In this document: one piece after another, positions 19,835-28,708 of the stretch
How the letters are laid out: each line of letters starts with the position of its first letter
Numbering within the stretch: the stretch's first letter is position 1
Assembly: GCA_965248265.1 (NCBI GenBank)
Contig: CBDFJF010000001.1
Location: 2,080,001-2,144,000, forward strand
DNA length: 64,000 nt
Source: Candidatus Latescibacterota bacterium
Lineage (GTDB): Bacteria; Latescibacterota; UBA2968; UBA8231
Direction: 5' to 3'
The notes under the pieces: model-generated
Told to the model about the DNA's origin: nothing
What the model saw: only the letters and a program-made list of their open reading frames with translations
Databases searched by the model: none
Position numbers and translations under genes: made by a program

Positions 19835-19980
19835 TGGTCTTGCCTTCCGATGAATGTGAGTGGAAATCACAGACGGTCCCGCCTTCGAGACGCCTGTCCC
19901 ATGCATACAATGCGGACCGGATGCCAGATGGTCTGTGAACTTTTCACACCCCTCCCACGATAGGTGTGCGTCGTGGACCG

Positions 19981-20859
19981 TCATGGCAGAGGCTGGAACT
20001 CGACCAGGCGTGACCGAGCCGTCTCAAAGGCGGGCGTTCCGACGTATTGCACTGCGGAGGGCGAAATTGAGTCGATGTGCTCGAAGTGGACGTGGCCGCA
20101 GAAGATGGCGACCAGGTTGGTGGCAGCGGAGATTACCCGTGCGAACTCGATAGTGACGTCGGTGCCCGCCCTCGACGGGTCCCCCGCAGGATCTGCCAAA
20201 AGCAGGGGGGTCTCCCATTTGTCAATCGTGGGTCCGCGCAGAGTCGGCACGCTGATGGGAATATGAGTCAGCAGGACCGTCGGCAGTTCAGCAGCCAGCT
20301 GTTCCGTAGCAAACTCCAGCTGCTCTTCACTGACCTGGTAGATCGAGTTGTCGATGGCCACGAAGCGGATACCACCTATGTCGCGTACCTCATGTGAAGG
20401 CCGGCCCCCGGTGAGCGTATCCAACGACGGCCAGTTCTGTTCCCGCAATCCGGCTACGTTCTCTACTCCTGCAAAAAGCCAGTCGTGGTTGCCTGAGGTG
20501 TACATGAACTCGAGGCCGGTGCTCGTCAGGCCGGCGGTGGCCCGTTCGATGTTGGCTTGCGACGGGAAGTGGATCAGATCTCCGGTGTGAGCCAGCAGAT
20601 CAATCCCCGTCCCCATCGAGGTGGCTCCCGCCATCATCGTGTCGAAGGTCGTCTCCGTGAAGACGCTGTTGCCATCCGCGTCCAGACGGCGCGCGCCGAA
20701 GCGCTCGTGGGCACCGCTGCACGCTTCCACATGGTCGGCATCGCGCTCGTCGATCAGCGCCAGGTGGGTGTCGGTCACATGCAGAAGGCGAACCGTGTCC
20801 GCCAGTCCTTCGACCTTGATCATCGCTGTGTCATCTTTACAGGTGTGGGTGATGCGCAT
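19981..20859 (-). CDS. Calcineurin-like metallophosphoesterase
   Basis: HVTDTH, TGDL, GNHD, THIP, CGHVH motifs. Confidence 0.88.
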   Translation of the reverse strand: MRITHTCKDDTAMIKVEGLADTVRLLHVTDTHLALIDERDADHVEACSGAHERFGARRLDADGNSVFTETTFDTMMAGATSMGTGIDLLAHTGDLIHFPSQANIERATAGLTSTGLEFMYTSGNHDWLFAGVENVAGLREQNWPSLDTLTGGRPSHEVRDIGGIRFVAIDNSIYQVSEEQLEFATEQLAAELPTVLLTHIPISVPTLRGPTIDKWETPLLLADPAGDPSRAGTDVTIEFARVISAATNLVAIFCGHVHFEHIDSISPSAVQYVGTPAFETARSRLVEFQPLP

Positions 20860-20886
20860 TCGGATTCTCTCCAAGAGTCGCGGCCA

Positions 20887-21993
20887 TCAATGGACAGCCA
20901 GTTCTTTCTTCTCATCATTGTCCGACTCGAATTGACGCCACAAATCTTCCAGATGCGAAGCGGCAGGCAACTCCGGACTGCGAATGATGAGATGCCGTAC
21001 GTGTGTCGTGAACTTGCCGCCAGGTTCGAGGCTGAGTTTACCCGGGTAGAGGACGTAGTCCATTGCCACCCCCTTCATGCCGCACGAAATACCGGCGGTG
21101 TGTTGCCGCTCGGTCAGAATCACGTGCCGCCATCCAGCATCCGTGGCGTGGCCGACCAACAGGGGAAACCGCCATGTCGCGTTGATGACGCCCTCGGTAC
21201 GGGGAAAATGCGGGATGCAGTTGAGCTCGAGAAACGGAGAGCTCGGATCCACAACGAAGGCCTGGAGATGAAAGACAAAAATGTCCAGGAAGTTCACCAG
21301 CCCCCCGGCTTCCGTGTGCCAGAAGAAGCAGCCGTTAAGCCCATTGATCTGGGTGTAATTGGCGAAGAACTGGCTGTACTCCACCATGGTCTCAGTGCCG
21401 ACATTTTCGATGGTGATCAGGCAGTCGTATTGAATGGTGTCCGAAACGACCACGTCGGTGAAATCCCAGAGTTGGCTGGTGCGTACTCCGTCTACCTCGT
21501 ACGCGCTCCAGACCCCCATTCGACCATCGTCGTCGATGCTGCCCGACTCGGCCGGCGTTCGCCGTGGACGCATCTCCAGGCCATGTGGCCGTCCTCGCCA
21601 CATCTGCCACTCCCTGCAGTCCCACGAACAATGGCTGCCGGGGCGTTGACGGGGATCGCCGTCGTATCGGACTTCGTAATCGGAATCGGGGACTGGTCGA
21701 CCCCATCCAGAAACTGACCCGGGTGGCGACAGCAGAGTCGCCGTTCCTGCCTCGTGAGCACCAATCCACTGACGCGGCCCTCGCCGGTAGGTCATGGTGA
21801 GACGCTCGTCCACCGGCTGGAACCACTCCACGCCCGTGTAGGGATGTCCATCCCCGCGTACCGTGATGGCCGCGGCGGCGTCACCGGCCACCGTTCGCAA
21901 CAAGATGTCGTACATCGTCGACTTCTTCTCGTGCGGCCAGAGATCGTCGTCCCCAGTGTATTCCAGAATGCGCTGGCTGAACGTGGAGTTCAT
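20887..21993 (-). CDS. Hypothetical protein
   Basis: 368-aa ORF with GAGG RBS, 27 bp upstream of co-directional phosphoesterase; no family recognised. Confidence 0.65.
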   Translation of the reverse strand: MNSTFSQRILEYTGDDDLWPHEKKSTMYDILLRTVAGDAAAAITVRGDGHPYTGVEWFQPVDERLTMTYRRGPRQWIGAHEAGTATLLSPPGSVSGWGRPVPDSDYEVRYDGDPRQRPGSHCSWDCREWQMWRGRPHGLEMRPRRTPAESGSIDDDGRMGVWSAYEVDGVRTSQLWDFTDVVVSDTIQYDCLITIENVGTETMVEYSQFFANYTQINGLNGCFFWHTEAGGLVNFLDIFVFHLQAFVVDPSSPFLELNCIPHFPRTEGVINATWRFPLLVGHATDAGWRHVILTERQHTAGISCGMKGVAMDYVLYPGKLSLEPGGKFTTHVRHLIIRSPELPAASHLEDLWRQFESDNDEKKELAVH

Positions 21994-22056
21994 TTCACCT
22001 CAATTGTTGCCTATCGTTGGTCGCGGAGTGAACAACCTAACCCCGGGAAGCAACCT

Positions 22057-23166
22057 GTGTCACGAATAGTCATCTGCGGTGGTGGCGTCATCGGCGCCTC
22101 GATCGCCTATTTCCTGAGTCTGCGCAATGTCGAAGCGGTCGTGATCGAGCGTACCGGCATCGCCAACGCCGCTTCCGGCAAATCAGGCGGTTTTCTAGCA
22201 CTGGACTGGTGTCATGGTACTCCAGTCGATGCCCTGGCCAGAAGGAGCTTCGCGCTGCATGAGGAGCTGGCCGCCACACTTGCCTCCGAAATGGAGCTGG
22301 AGTGGGGTTACCGGCGGCTGGACACCCTCAGTGTCGCCGCCAGCCAACAACGCGATCTCAGCTCTTTGGCCCGGCTTGAATCACCCAGTTGGGTGGCCCC
22401 GGCCGCTGCCGTGCACTCGCGGATCGGCACCCAGGAGACAACCGCGCAGGTAAACCCCGCGGCCTTCACTCAGAGTCTGATGAAAGCAGCCGAAGCGAAC
22501 GGTTCTCGCCTCGTCATCGGCACGGTGGAAGGAGTAGCACTTACCGATGATGGACGCCGGGTAACCGGGGCCATCGTCGATGGCGACGAAGTAGAGGCAG
22601 ACGCCGTCGTCATCGCTATGGGACCGTGGTCAATTCTCGCTTGCCAGTGGCTGCCGCTGCCAGCCGTGTACGGACTCAAAGGCCACAGCATAGTGTTCCG
22701 CTTCACGCCGAAGGACCCGCATGCGCTCTTCCTCGAGCTGGAGACGGAGGCTGGTGACGTGGAGACGCCCGAAGTGATGCCCCGTACGGATGGCACCACC
22801 TACGTCTGCGGCCTCTCCGCGGAAACCGCGCTGCCCGTAGACCCGGCACAGGTCGTCGAGGAACCCGGAGCCTGCGAACAGTTGCGCGCCATGACCTCGG
22901 CGGTCTGCCCCGAACTGGGTGCATCCGAGGTGCTGGCGGCACAGGCCTGCTATCGCCCGGTGACGGTGGATGGCTTGCCGTTGATTGGGCGCGTTCCGGG
23001 TGTGGATGCAGCCTTCGTCGCCACCGGGCACAGCGTCTGGGGGATGCTGAACGGGCCTGCTACCGGCGAGGCCATGGCGGAGCTCATCGTCGATGGGACA
23101 GCCTCCACCGTGGACATTACCGCTTTTGATCCGGCTAGGCAGCCGGCGTTCTCGCTACCGCAATAG
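22057..23166 (+). CDS. FAD-dependent oxidoreductase, DAO/glycine oxidase family
   Basis: ICGGGVIGA, ASGKSGGFL, AMGPWS, QACYRP...DGLPLIG, GHSVWG.LNGPATG; GTG start at 22057. Confidence 0.88.
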   Translation: MSRIVICGGGVIGASIAYFLSLRNVEAVVIERTGIANAASGKSGGFLALDWCHGTPVDALARRSFALHEELAATLASEMELEWGYRRLDTLSVAASQQRDLSSLARLESPSWVAPAAAVHSRIGTQETTAQVNPAAFTQSLMKAAEANGSRLVIGTVEGVALTDDGRRVTGAIVDGDEVEADAVVIAMGPWSILACQWLPLPAVYGLKGHSIVFRFTPKDPHALFLELETEAGDVETPEVMPRTDGTTYVCGLSAETALPVDPAQVVEEPGACEQLRAMTSAVCPELGASEVLAAQACYRPVTVDGLPLIGRVPGVDAAFVATGHSVWGMLNGPATGEAMAELIVDGTASTVDITAFDPARQPAFSLPQ

Positions 23167-24618
23167 CAGCACCTTCTGGACCTGATCCATCCCGCCTGCG
23201 CGCATGCGAATCGAGTAGACACCGCTCGCTGTGGCTTGTCCTGCGCTGTCTTTACCATCCCATCGCACTTGGTAGTAGCCGGCTTGTTGGGTTCCGTGAG
23301 TGAGCACGCGAATCAGCTGCCCCGCCAGGTCGTAGACGGCTATCTCCACCACGGATTTCCGAGAGAGGCTGTAGGGAATTACTGTATCAGGGTTGAATGG
23401 ATTCGGGTAATTCTGACCCAGTTCGAAAGCGACCGGAGTAGCCCCGTACTCCTCGGCGATGGCCGTGGGTGCTACTGGGGCTACTTCGGGACCGACAGCG
23501 TAGTAGACGAGTCCCGTCGACGACGAGCCCGAGTTGTCAATCTCGTAGAACGCGATATGTGGCCTGCCACCGGCCTCCACTTCCAGGGTCACAAACTGAG
23601 CCAGGAACTGATCGTCCTGGATCGGGCCGGTAACGTCCTCTATCTCCCAACTGTCTTCCATCTTGGTGGCGAAACGCAACACCGATCTATCAGCATAGGC
23701 CACGTGGACGTTGTCTCCTTCATCCAGAGCGACGGCGGTAGTTCGACGCGCCCCGATGAAGGCGATCTGAAGGTCGCTGAGATCGTCGACGATATCGAAA
23801 TTCCACTCCTCCCCGTCGTGGAAGGCGTATTTGACTCTGCCGGCCTGCTGCCCGGTGCGGTCCAGGTAGGTGATGTGGGGCCGGTTGGCGCTGTCCAGCG
23901 CTATGGATGGAAATTTGCCGACATCTCCATCGACATCCACTTGCTCGATCTGCCACTCGCCATCGCTCAACACGGCGTAGAACAGATCAGCTCCCGGGCT
24001 AGTGGTGTTGAGACGCGATTCACCATCGTGGTAGACGACATGAAGGCGGCCGTCTTCACTGATCGCCATGGCAACCCCGAATTCGTAGGGAATGCCTCCA
24101 CTGCCGATCTCCTCCACCTGCCAGTTTCCGTCGCGTCGCACCGCCCATTCGATCCCGGACGAGGAGCCAAACTGGGACGGATCGATTGAGACGATGTGCA
24201 CATCTCCGGCTGGATCGACCGCGATCCTGCCATCCCAACCGTCGTGACCTTCATGCACGATGACCTCCAGCGACCAGTCCTCTTGAGAGCCCACGGCGTA
24301 CACGATGTCCTCGTTGTCGTGGTCGTGGTAGGCAATGTGGATCAGGTCGTCATCGTCGATGGTCATGTCCAGGGGTGCATAAAAATAACCTTCGGATATA
24401 GTGTCGATTTCCCAGGTGCCGTCATCATCTCTGAGTCCGTGGAACACGCCTCCCCCGAACGACTCTATCATGTATGCCATATGCGGACGGCCCTGATTGT
24501 CGAGTCTTACTTCGGGCTTCGTCCCCTGCCTGGTGACGAATTCGATCTGCCACCCCTCCTGGCCAAACGCCGCCGTTGCCATCGTGGCTGCGACCAACAA
24601 AACGCTCACTCTCAACAT
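23155..24618 (-). CDS. Secreted beta-propeller-like protein with T9SS-type/FlgD Ig-like C-terminal domain
   Basis: Signal peptide; repeated W.IE.v....G....iAlD....pHi.Y units; LGQNYPNPFNP...IAVYDLAGQ.IR.L...WDGKD..G...ASGVY. Confidence 0.8.
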   Translation of the reverse strand: MLRVSVLLVAATMATAAFGQEGWQIEFVTRQGTKPEVRLDNQGRPHMAYMIESFGGGVFHGLRDDDGTWEIDTISEGYFYAPLDMTIDDDDLIHIAYHDHDNEDIVYAVGSQEDWSLEVIVHEGHDGWDGRIAVDPAGDVHIVSIDPSQFGSSSGIEWAVRRDGNWQVEEIGSGGIPYEFGVAMAISEDGRLHVVYHDGESRLNTTSPGADLFYAVLSDGEWQIEQVDVDGDVGKFPSIALDSANRPHITYLDRTGQQAGRVKYAFHDGEEWNFDIVDDLSDLQIAFIGARRTTAVALDEGDNVHVAYADRSVLRFATKMEDSWEIEDVTGPIQDDQFLAQFVTLEVEAGGRPHIAFYEIDNSGSSSTGLVYYAVGPEVAPVAPTAIAEEYGATPVAFELGQNYPNPFNPDTVIPYSLSRKSVVEIAVYDLAGQLIRVLTHGTQQAGYYQVRWDGKDSAGQATASGVYSIRMRAGGMDQVQKVLLLR

Positions 24619-24814
24619 GTGGAAAACCCTCGCTGTTTATCAGGGACCTGCACCCCCTGTACTCATTGTTGCACCTTGTTTCAATATACAATAACGCTCC
24701 GTGGACTCGTTCACCGTTAAAGATTCCCTATGCCGCGGGTGCCGCCTTCCCCAACTTTTGACATCGTCTCCAATAGACTGATCTTCCTTTTTTCTTTTCA
24801 CCCCGCCCATTGGG

Positions 24815-24885
24815 GGCGATCCAGCCCGTTTGGGGGCGGTCCAGCCCACTCGTTGGGCGGGCCACCTCCTGCGGGAGGCGGCCCA
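24815..24885. repeat. Four phased direct repeats GGCGRNCCA (20-21 bp period)
   Basis: Copies at 24815, 24835, 24856 and 24877 in a divergent intergenic region. Confidence 0.6.
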
Positions 24886-24926
24886 ATCCTGTACGGCGCC
24901 ACCAACCGGTGTATGGAGTCCACTCG

Positions 24927-26093
24927 ATGAAGCCCAGTCAGCAAGCCAAGCTCATGCGGCAATATCCTACTATTGCCGACCTGCGGGATCGAGCACAGAG
25001 AAGACTCCCGCACGTCGCCTGGGAGTACCTCAGCTGCGGCACCGGTGAGGAAGCGGCCCTGTCGCGGAACCTGGACAGCATGAAGGAAGTGACCCTCGTC
25101 CCTCGATTCATGCGAGGGGAGATCCACCCGGAAGTTGGCGTCACATTGTTTGGCCAATCCTATGATGCGCCGTTTGGCGTTGCCCCCGTGGGGTTGTGCG
25201 GTTTGATGTGGCCGAGGGCCGAGAGGATCCTCGCCAGAGCGGCAGCCCGCTACTCGATTCCATTGTGTCTGAGTACGGTTGCCGCCGAAACCCCCGAAAC
25301 GATCGGCCCGCTGGCGGACGGCATGGGCTGGTTTCAACTCTATCCTCCTCGTGGACGGGAGTTGCGCAGTGAACTGTTGAGTCGGGCAAAGGACTCTGGC
25401 TTTACCACGCTGGTGGTCACGGCCGATGTCCCCACCCCGGGCCGGCGTGAGCGAACGATACGGTCCGGATTGAACATGCCACCGCGCATCACACCCAGGT
25501 TCGTTTGGGAAGCCCTGCGTCACCCGGGATGGACAGTTGCCACCCTGAGAGCCGGATTGCCGAGACTGAGAACGATGGAGCCGTACGCGAAATCGGCGAG
25601 CATGCGCGACGTGATACGGTTCGTCGAGACGGAAATGGGTTTCGGCATAACGTGGGATTATCTCGAGCAGGTGCGGGACCAGTGGCAGGGCTCGCTGATT
25701 CTCAAGGGGATTCTGCACCCTGCCGATGCCGAGCGCGCGCTTCAGGCAGGTGTCGACGGTATACAGGTTTCCAACCACGGAGCCCGCCAGCTGGATGCCG
25801 TGCCGGCCGCAATCGATGTGCTGCCGGCGATCGTGCGCCAGGTGGACGGCAAGGCGAGCGTCATCTTTGACAGCGGCGCACGCTCGGGACTCGATATCGC
25901 GAGGGCGCTGGCGCTCGGGGCCGACTTTGTCATGCTCGGACGCGCTTTCGTGTACGGAGTGGCGGCCCTGGGTGCTTGGGGCGCCGACCACGCGGTGGAG
26001 ATTTTGTTGGAAGAGCTGAAGAACAACATGGCGCAACTGGGGTGTGTGACGCTGAAGGACTTGAGGGAGTCAGCGGCCCAGGCAACTCCCTAG
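24927..26093 (+). CDS. FMN-dependent alpha-hydroxy acid dehydrogenase (LldD/mandelate dehydrogenase family)
   Basis: PFGVAPVG, WFQLY, ILKGI, VSNHGARQLD, DSGARSGLD, GRAFVYG. Confidence 0.92.
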   Translation: MKPSQQAKLMRQYPTIADLRDRAQRRLPHVAWEYLSCGTGEEAALSRNLDSMKEVTLVPRFMRGEIHPEVGVTLFGQSYDAPFGVAPVGLCGLMWPRAERILARAAARYSIPLCLSTVAAETPETIGPLADGMGWFQLYPPRGRELRSELLSRAKDSGFTTLVVTADVPTPGRRERTIRSGLNMPPRITPRFVWEALRHPGWTVATLRAGLPRLRTMEPYAKSASMRDVIRFVETEMGFGITWDYLEQVRDQWQGSLILKGILHPADAERALQAGVDGIQVSNHGARQLDAVPAAIDVLPAIVRQVDGKASVIFDSGARSGLDIARALALGADFVMLGRAFVYGVAALGAWGADHAVEILLEELKNNMAQLGCVTLKDLRESAAQATP

Positions 26094-26100
26094 GAGAGCC

Positions 26101-27198
26101 ATGTCGGAGGCAACCGAGGCACCGCACCCCGTCCCCACACGGGCGAATCCCGATCACGCGATCCGGTTGCTCGCACAGCGGCACGCCAGCACGGAGGGCA
26201 AGCGGGTCTGGGTGGCGGACGAAAACTGGTCCGATTCTGACATCCTCTCCCCAGCCCGGTTCGACGATTCAACCCTGATCGTCACCAACCGCATCGATAT
26301 ATACCGATCACACATTCACCACCACCGGCACGTCGAGTTGAGCGACTTCGCCTTCGAAAAGGCCGTCAGCGGAGAGGTCGACGCGCTCTTCTTCCGGGTA
26401 TCTAAGGAAAAACCGGTTGTCCATCACGTCATCAACACCAGCGCTCGACTGTTGCGTCAGGGAGGCGAGTTGTACCTGACTGGAAACAAGAGTGACGGCA
26501 CCAAAACCTACTTTGACAAGGCGAAGGAGCTGCTGGGAGTTGGAGGTGCTGAGTGGAAGAAGGAAAAACACGGCGCCTATTGCGGACGCCTGACCAAGTC
26601 CTCCTCAGCCGCGACGCCATTGGACTGTGAGGACTACCACGACCTGCGCCCCATTGCGGAACTCGATGATGCCCGTTTCGACAGCAAACCCGGAATCTTC
26701 GGCTGGAACAAGATCGACCGGGGCAGCGCTCTGTTAATCGAACAACTGCCGCGATTCATCCGGGAGTTGGAACGACCACCGGCCACCCTGCTCGATCTGG
26801 GATGCGGCTTCGGGTACCTGGCGGTGATGGCTGGAAAGCAGCTGGAGATACCGGTCACGGCCACCGACAACAACGTCGCTGCCGTGGCCGCCTGTGAGCG
26901 CAACATGAAAATGAACGGTATCGGCGGGAATGTCCTGCTCGATGACTGCGGCGGCGACATCGATTCTCAGTTTGACGCGATCCTGTGCAATCCCCCGTTT
27001 CATCGCGGGTTTTCGACGCAGGGCCAGCTGACCCAGCGCTTCCTACGAAGCTGCCAGCGCCTGCTGGCACCCGGCGGCGCTGCCTTGTTCGTGGTAAATC
27101 AGTTCATCCCGCTGGAAACGATGGCGACGCCACACTTCACTAGCTTAGAGCGGCTCGGCGAGAACGGATCATTCAAACTGGTCAGCTTGAGGCACTGA
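26101..27198 (+). CDS. rsmC: 16S rRNA m2G1207 methyltransferase (RsmC/MTS family)
   Basis: SKPGIF...ID.GS.LL, LDLGCGFG, CNPPFH.G, two-domain length. Confidence 0.8.
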   Translation: MSEATEAPHPVPTRANPDHAIRLLAQRHASTEGKRVWVADENWSDSDILSPARFDDSTLIVTNRIDIYRSHIHHHRHVELSDFAFEKAVSGEVDALFFRVSKEKPVVHHVINTSARLLRQGGELYLTGNKSDGTKTYFDKAKELLGVGGAEWKKEKHGAYCGRLTKSSSAATPLDCEDYHDLRPIAELDDARFDSKPGIFGWNKIDRGSALLIEQLPRFIRELERPPATLLDLGCGFGYLAVMAGKQLEIPVTATDNNVAAVAACERNMKMNGIGGNVLLDDCGGDIDSQFDAILCNPPFHRGFSTQGQLTQRFLRSCQRLLAPGGAALFVVNQFIPLETMATPHFTSLERLGENGSFKLVSLRH

Positions 27199-27248
27199 CG
27201 GCCTCGCGCCTGGCCACTGAAAAGGCCGCCAGACTCCAAGTCCGGCGA

Positions 27249-27812
27249 CTACTGAATTCGCGTCAAATGCATGTCGTGAGCCTGCATCGCTTCGCCTTCC
27301 TGGAACATGGTCCAGCGCTGCGTGATGTTGTCAGCGTCAACGATCGACAGATTCATCGAGTGCATGTGCATGCCCGTGGCAGGATCAAGCATGTTTTCTT
27401 CGGCAAAGGTGAAGCTCATCTTGCCAGGCCCCGATCCATCCAGGTCCATGCGCGGTTGGTTGCCCAGCATGCAATAGTGCGTCATGCTGAGGTTGCCACC
27501 TCGATCGTGATACATGCTGACCATCTCCATCGGAGACCCTGCGTTGAAGGTTTCCTGAATGGCGCTGCCGCCGGCGGTCAGTCGGTACTCGACCCTCATC
27601 GTCATCATCTCCGGCATACCCTCGTGCTTGGCTCCCTCACCCCCCTTGTCCTTCATGGGCATCTCACCCTCCCATACTCCGATCAATTGCTTGAGCTGTT
27701 CGAACTCTGCGGATCCCTTGTAGGGTTCCATTCCCATTTGCGCACTTGCAGGCGCCGCAGTCGCAAACGTGACGCAGAGCAGTACTATGATAGTGGTGAT
27801 GGCTGCTCTCAT
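27249..27812 (-). CDS. Secreted Met-rich hypothetical protein
   Basis: Signal peptide, L.G.WEG, EMVSMYH, THYCMLGNQPRM, HMH; CAGGAG RBS. Confidence 0.75.
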   Translation of the reverse strand: MRAAITTIIVLLCVTFATAAPASAQMGMEPYKGSAEFEQLKQLIGVWEGEMPMKDKGGEGAKHEGMPEMMTMRVEYRLTAGGSAIQETFNAGSPMEMVSMYHDRGGNLSMTHYCMLGNQPRMDLDGSGPGKMSFTFAEENMLDPATGMHMHSMNLSIVDADNITQRWTMFQEGEAMQAHDMHLTRIQ

Positions 27813-27847
27813 AAGAGTCTCTCCTGATGCAGGTTGTGTGGTCACTT

Positions 27848-28300
27848 TCAGTTCGATAAATAGCGGTCCAGGCTGCTGAAGCAGCTGGTCCAACCTTCGT
27901 TGTGGCGTCCGGCGCTCTCTTCCGAGGCCAGTTGCGTGTGCACGAGCTCGATGTCGGTGCCGCTGTCGCTGGAGCTCAACGATATGGTCACCAGGGACTC
28001 GTGCTCGTCCGCCTCATCATCCTCTTCCCAGGACCAGGTGTACTCGATCAACTCCGGTTCGCTGAGCCGCTGGATCACTCCTTTTACCGTGAACAGCTCG
28101 CCGTCTGGGGCGCGAATGGCTATACGGTAATCGCCACCGACCCGTGTGTCCATGTGAACGTTTTCTACGGTGAAACTCTCGTGGCCGAACCATTTGTGCA
28201 GCTCGGCCGCGTTGGTGAACGCCTGGAATACCCTTCCGATGGGGGCCGCGGCGTGATGGGTCAGGGTTAGGGTTGCACCCTCAACCTTCGTTTCCGTCAT
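27848..28300 (-). CDS. SRPBCC/AHSA1 (START-like) domain protein
   Basis: AP..RVF.AFT....KWF, D.RVGG.YR, YTW.WE, H..GW.S...L. Confidence 0.88.
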   Translation of the reverse strand: MTETKVEGATLTLTHHAAAPIGRVFQAFTNAAELHKWFGHESFTVENVHMDTRVGGDYRIAIRAPDGELFTVKGVIQRLSEPELIEYTWSWEEDDEADEHESLVTISLSSSDSGTDIELVHTQLASEESAGRHNEGWTSCFSSLDRYLSN

Positions 28301-28625
28301 CCTTGTCCTCCTTCAAATGCTTGTCGAGGGCCTCGAAGCGGCTCTGCCAAAACACTTTGTACTTGGCGAGAAACCGTTCGACTGCCTCGACGGGTTCCTG
28401 GTTTAATCGGCATAAGTTGTTGCGGCCGTTGCGTCTTCGCATGATCAATCCGGCTCTCTCGAGCACCTGCAAATGCTTGGATACCGCCGGCTGGGACATG
28501 GCAAAGATGTCGGCCAGGTCCTTCACCGGCACCTCGTCGGGTCCGATCCGCTGCAGAATCGTCCTGCGGGTACCGTCAGACAGGGCCTTGAATATGAGGT
28601 CCAGCTGATCTTGAATCATAACCAT
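28281..28625 (-). CDS. ArsR/SmtB family transcriptional regulator
   Basis: FKALSD.TRR.IL, MSQPAVSKHLQVLERAGLI, FW..RF..L. Confidence 0.92.
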   Translation of the reverse strand: MVMIQDQLDLIFKALSDGTRRTILQRIGPDEVPVKDLADIFAMSQPAVSKHLQVLERAGLIMRRRNGRNNLCRLNQEPVEAVERFLAKYKVFWQSRFEALDKHLKEDKDDGNEG

Positions 28626-28662
28626 TTGGTTATATATTAGCTCGTGAGGAGGACCGATGCAA
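28618..28662 (-). promoter_or_regulatory. Sigma70-type promoter with overlapping palindromic operator for the ArsR operon
   Basis: Minus strand TTGCAT-17bp-TAATAT (28662-28634); inverted repeat ATAACCA-TT-TGGTTAT at 28618-28633 covers the start codon. Confidence 0.65.
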
Positions 28663-28708
28663 GGATTTTTTTGCTTCTACCGCGTTTGATTCCCTACCCT
28701 ACTCCAGG

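Noticed and set aside
19912-19927. Sigma54 promoter upstream of the YceI gene (minus strand TGGCATCCGGTCCGCA)
   Set aside because: GG-N10-GC spacing is right but the -12 element (CCGC) is poor and no TGGCG-N5-CGCCA site is nearby; too weak to call
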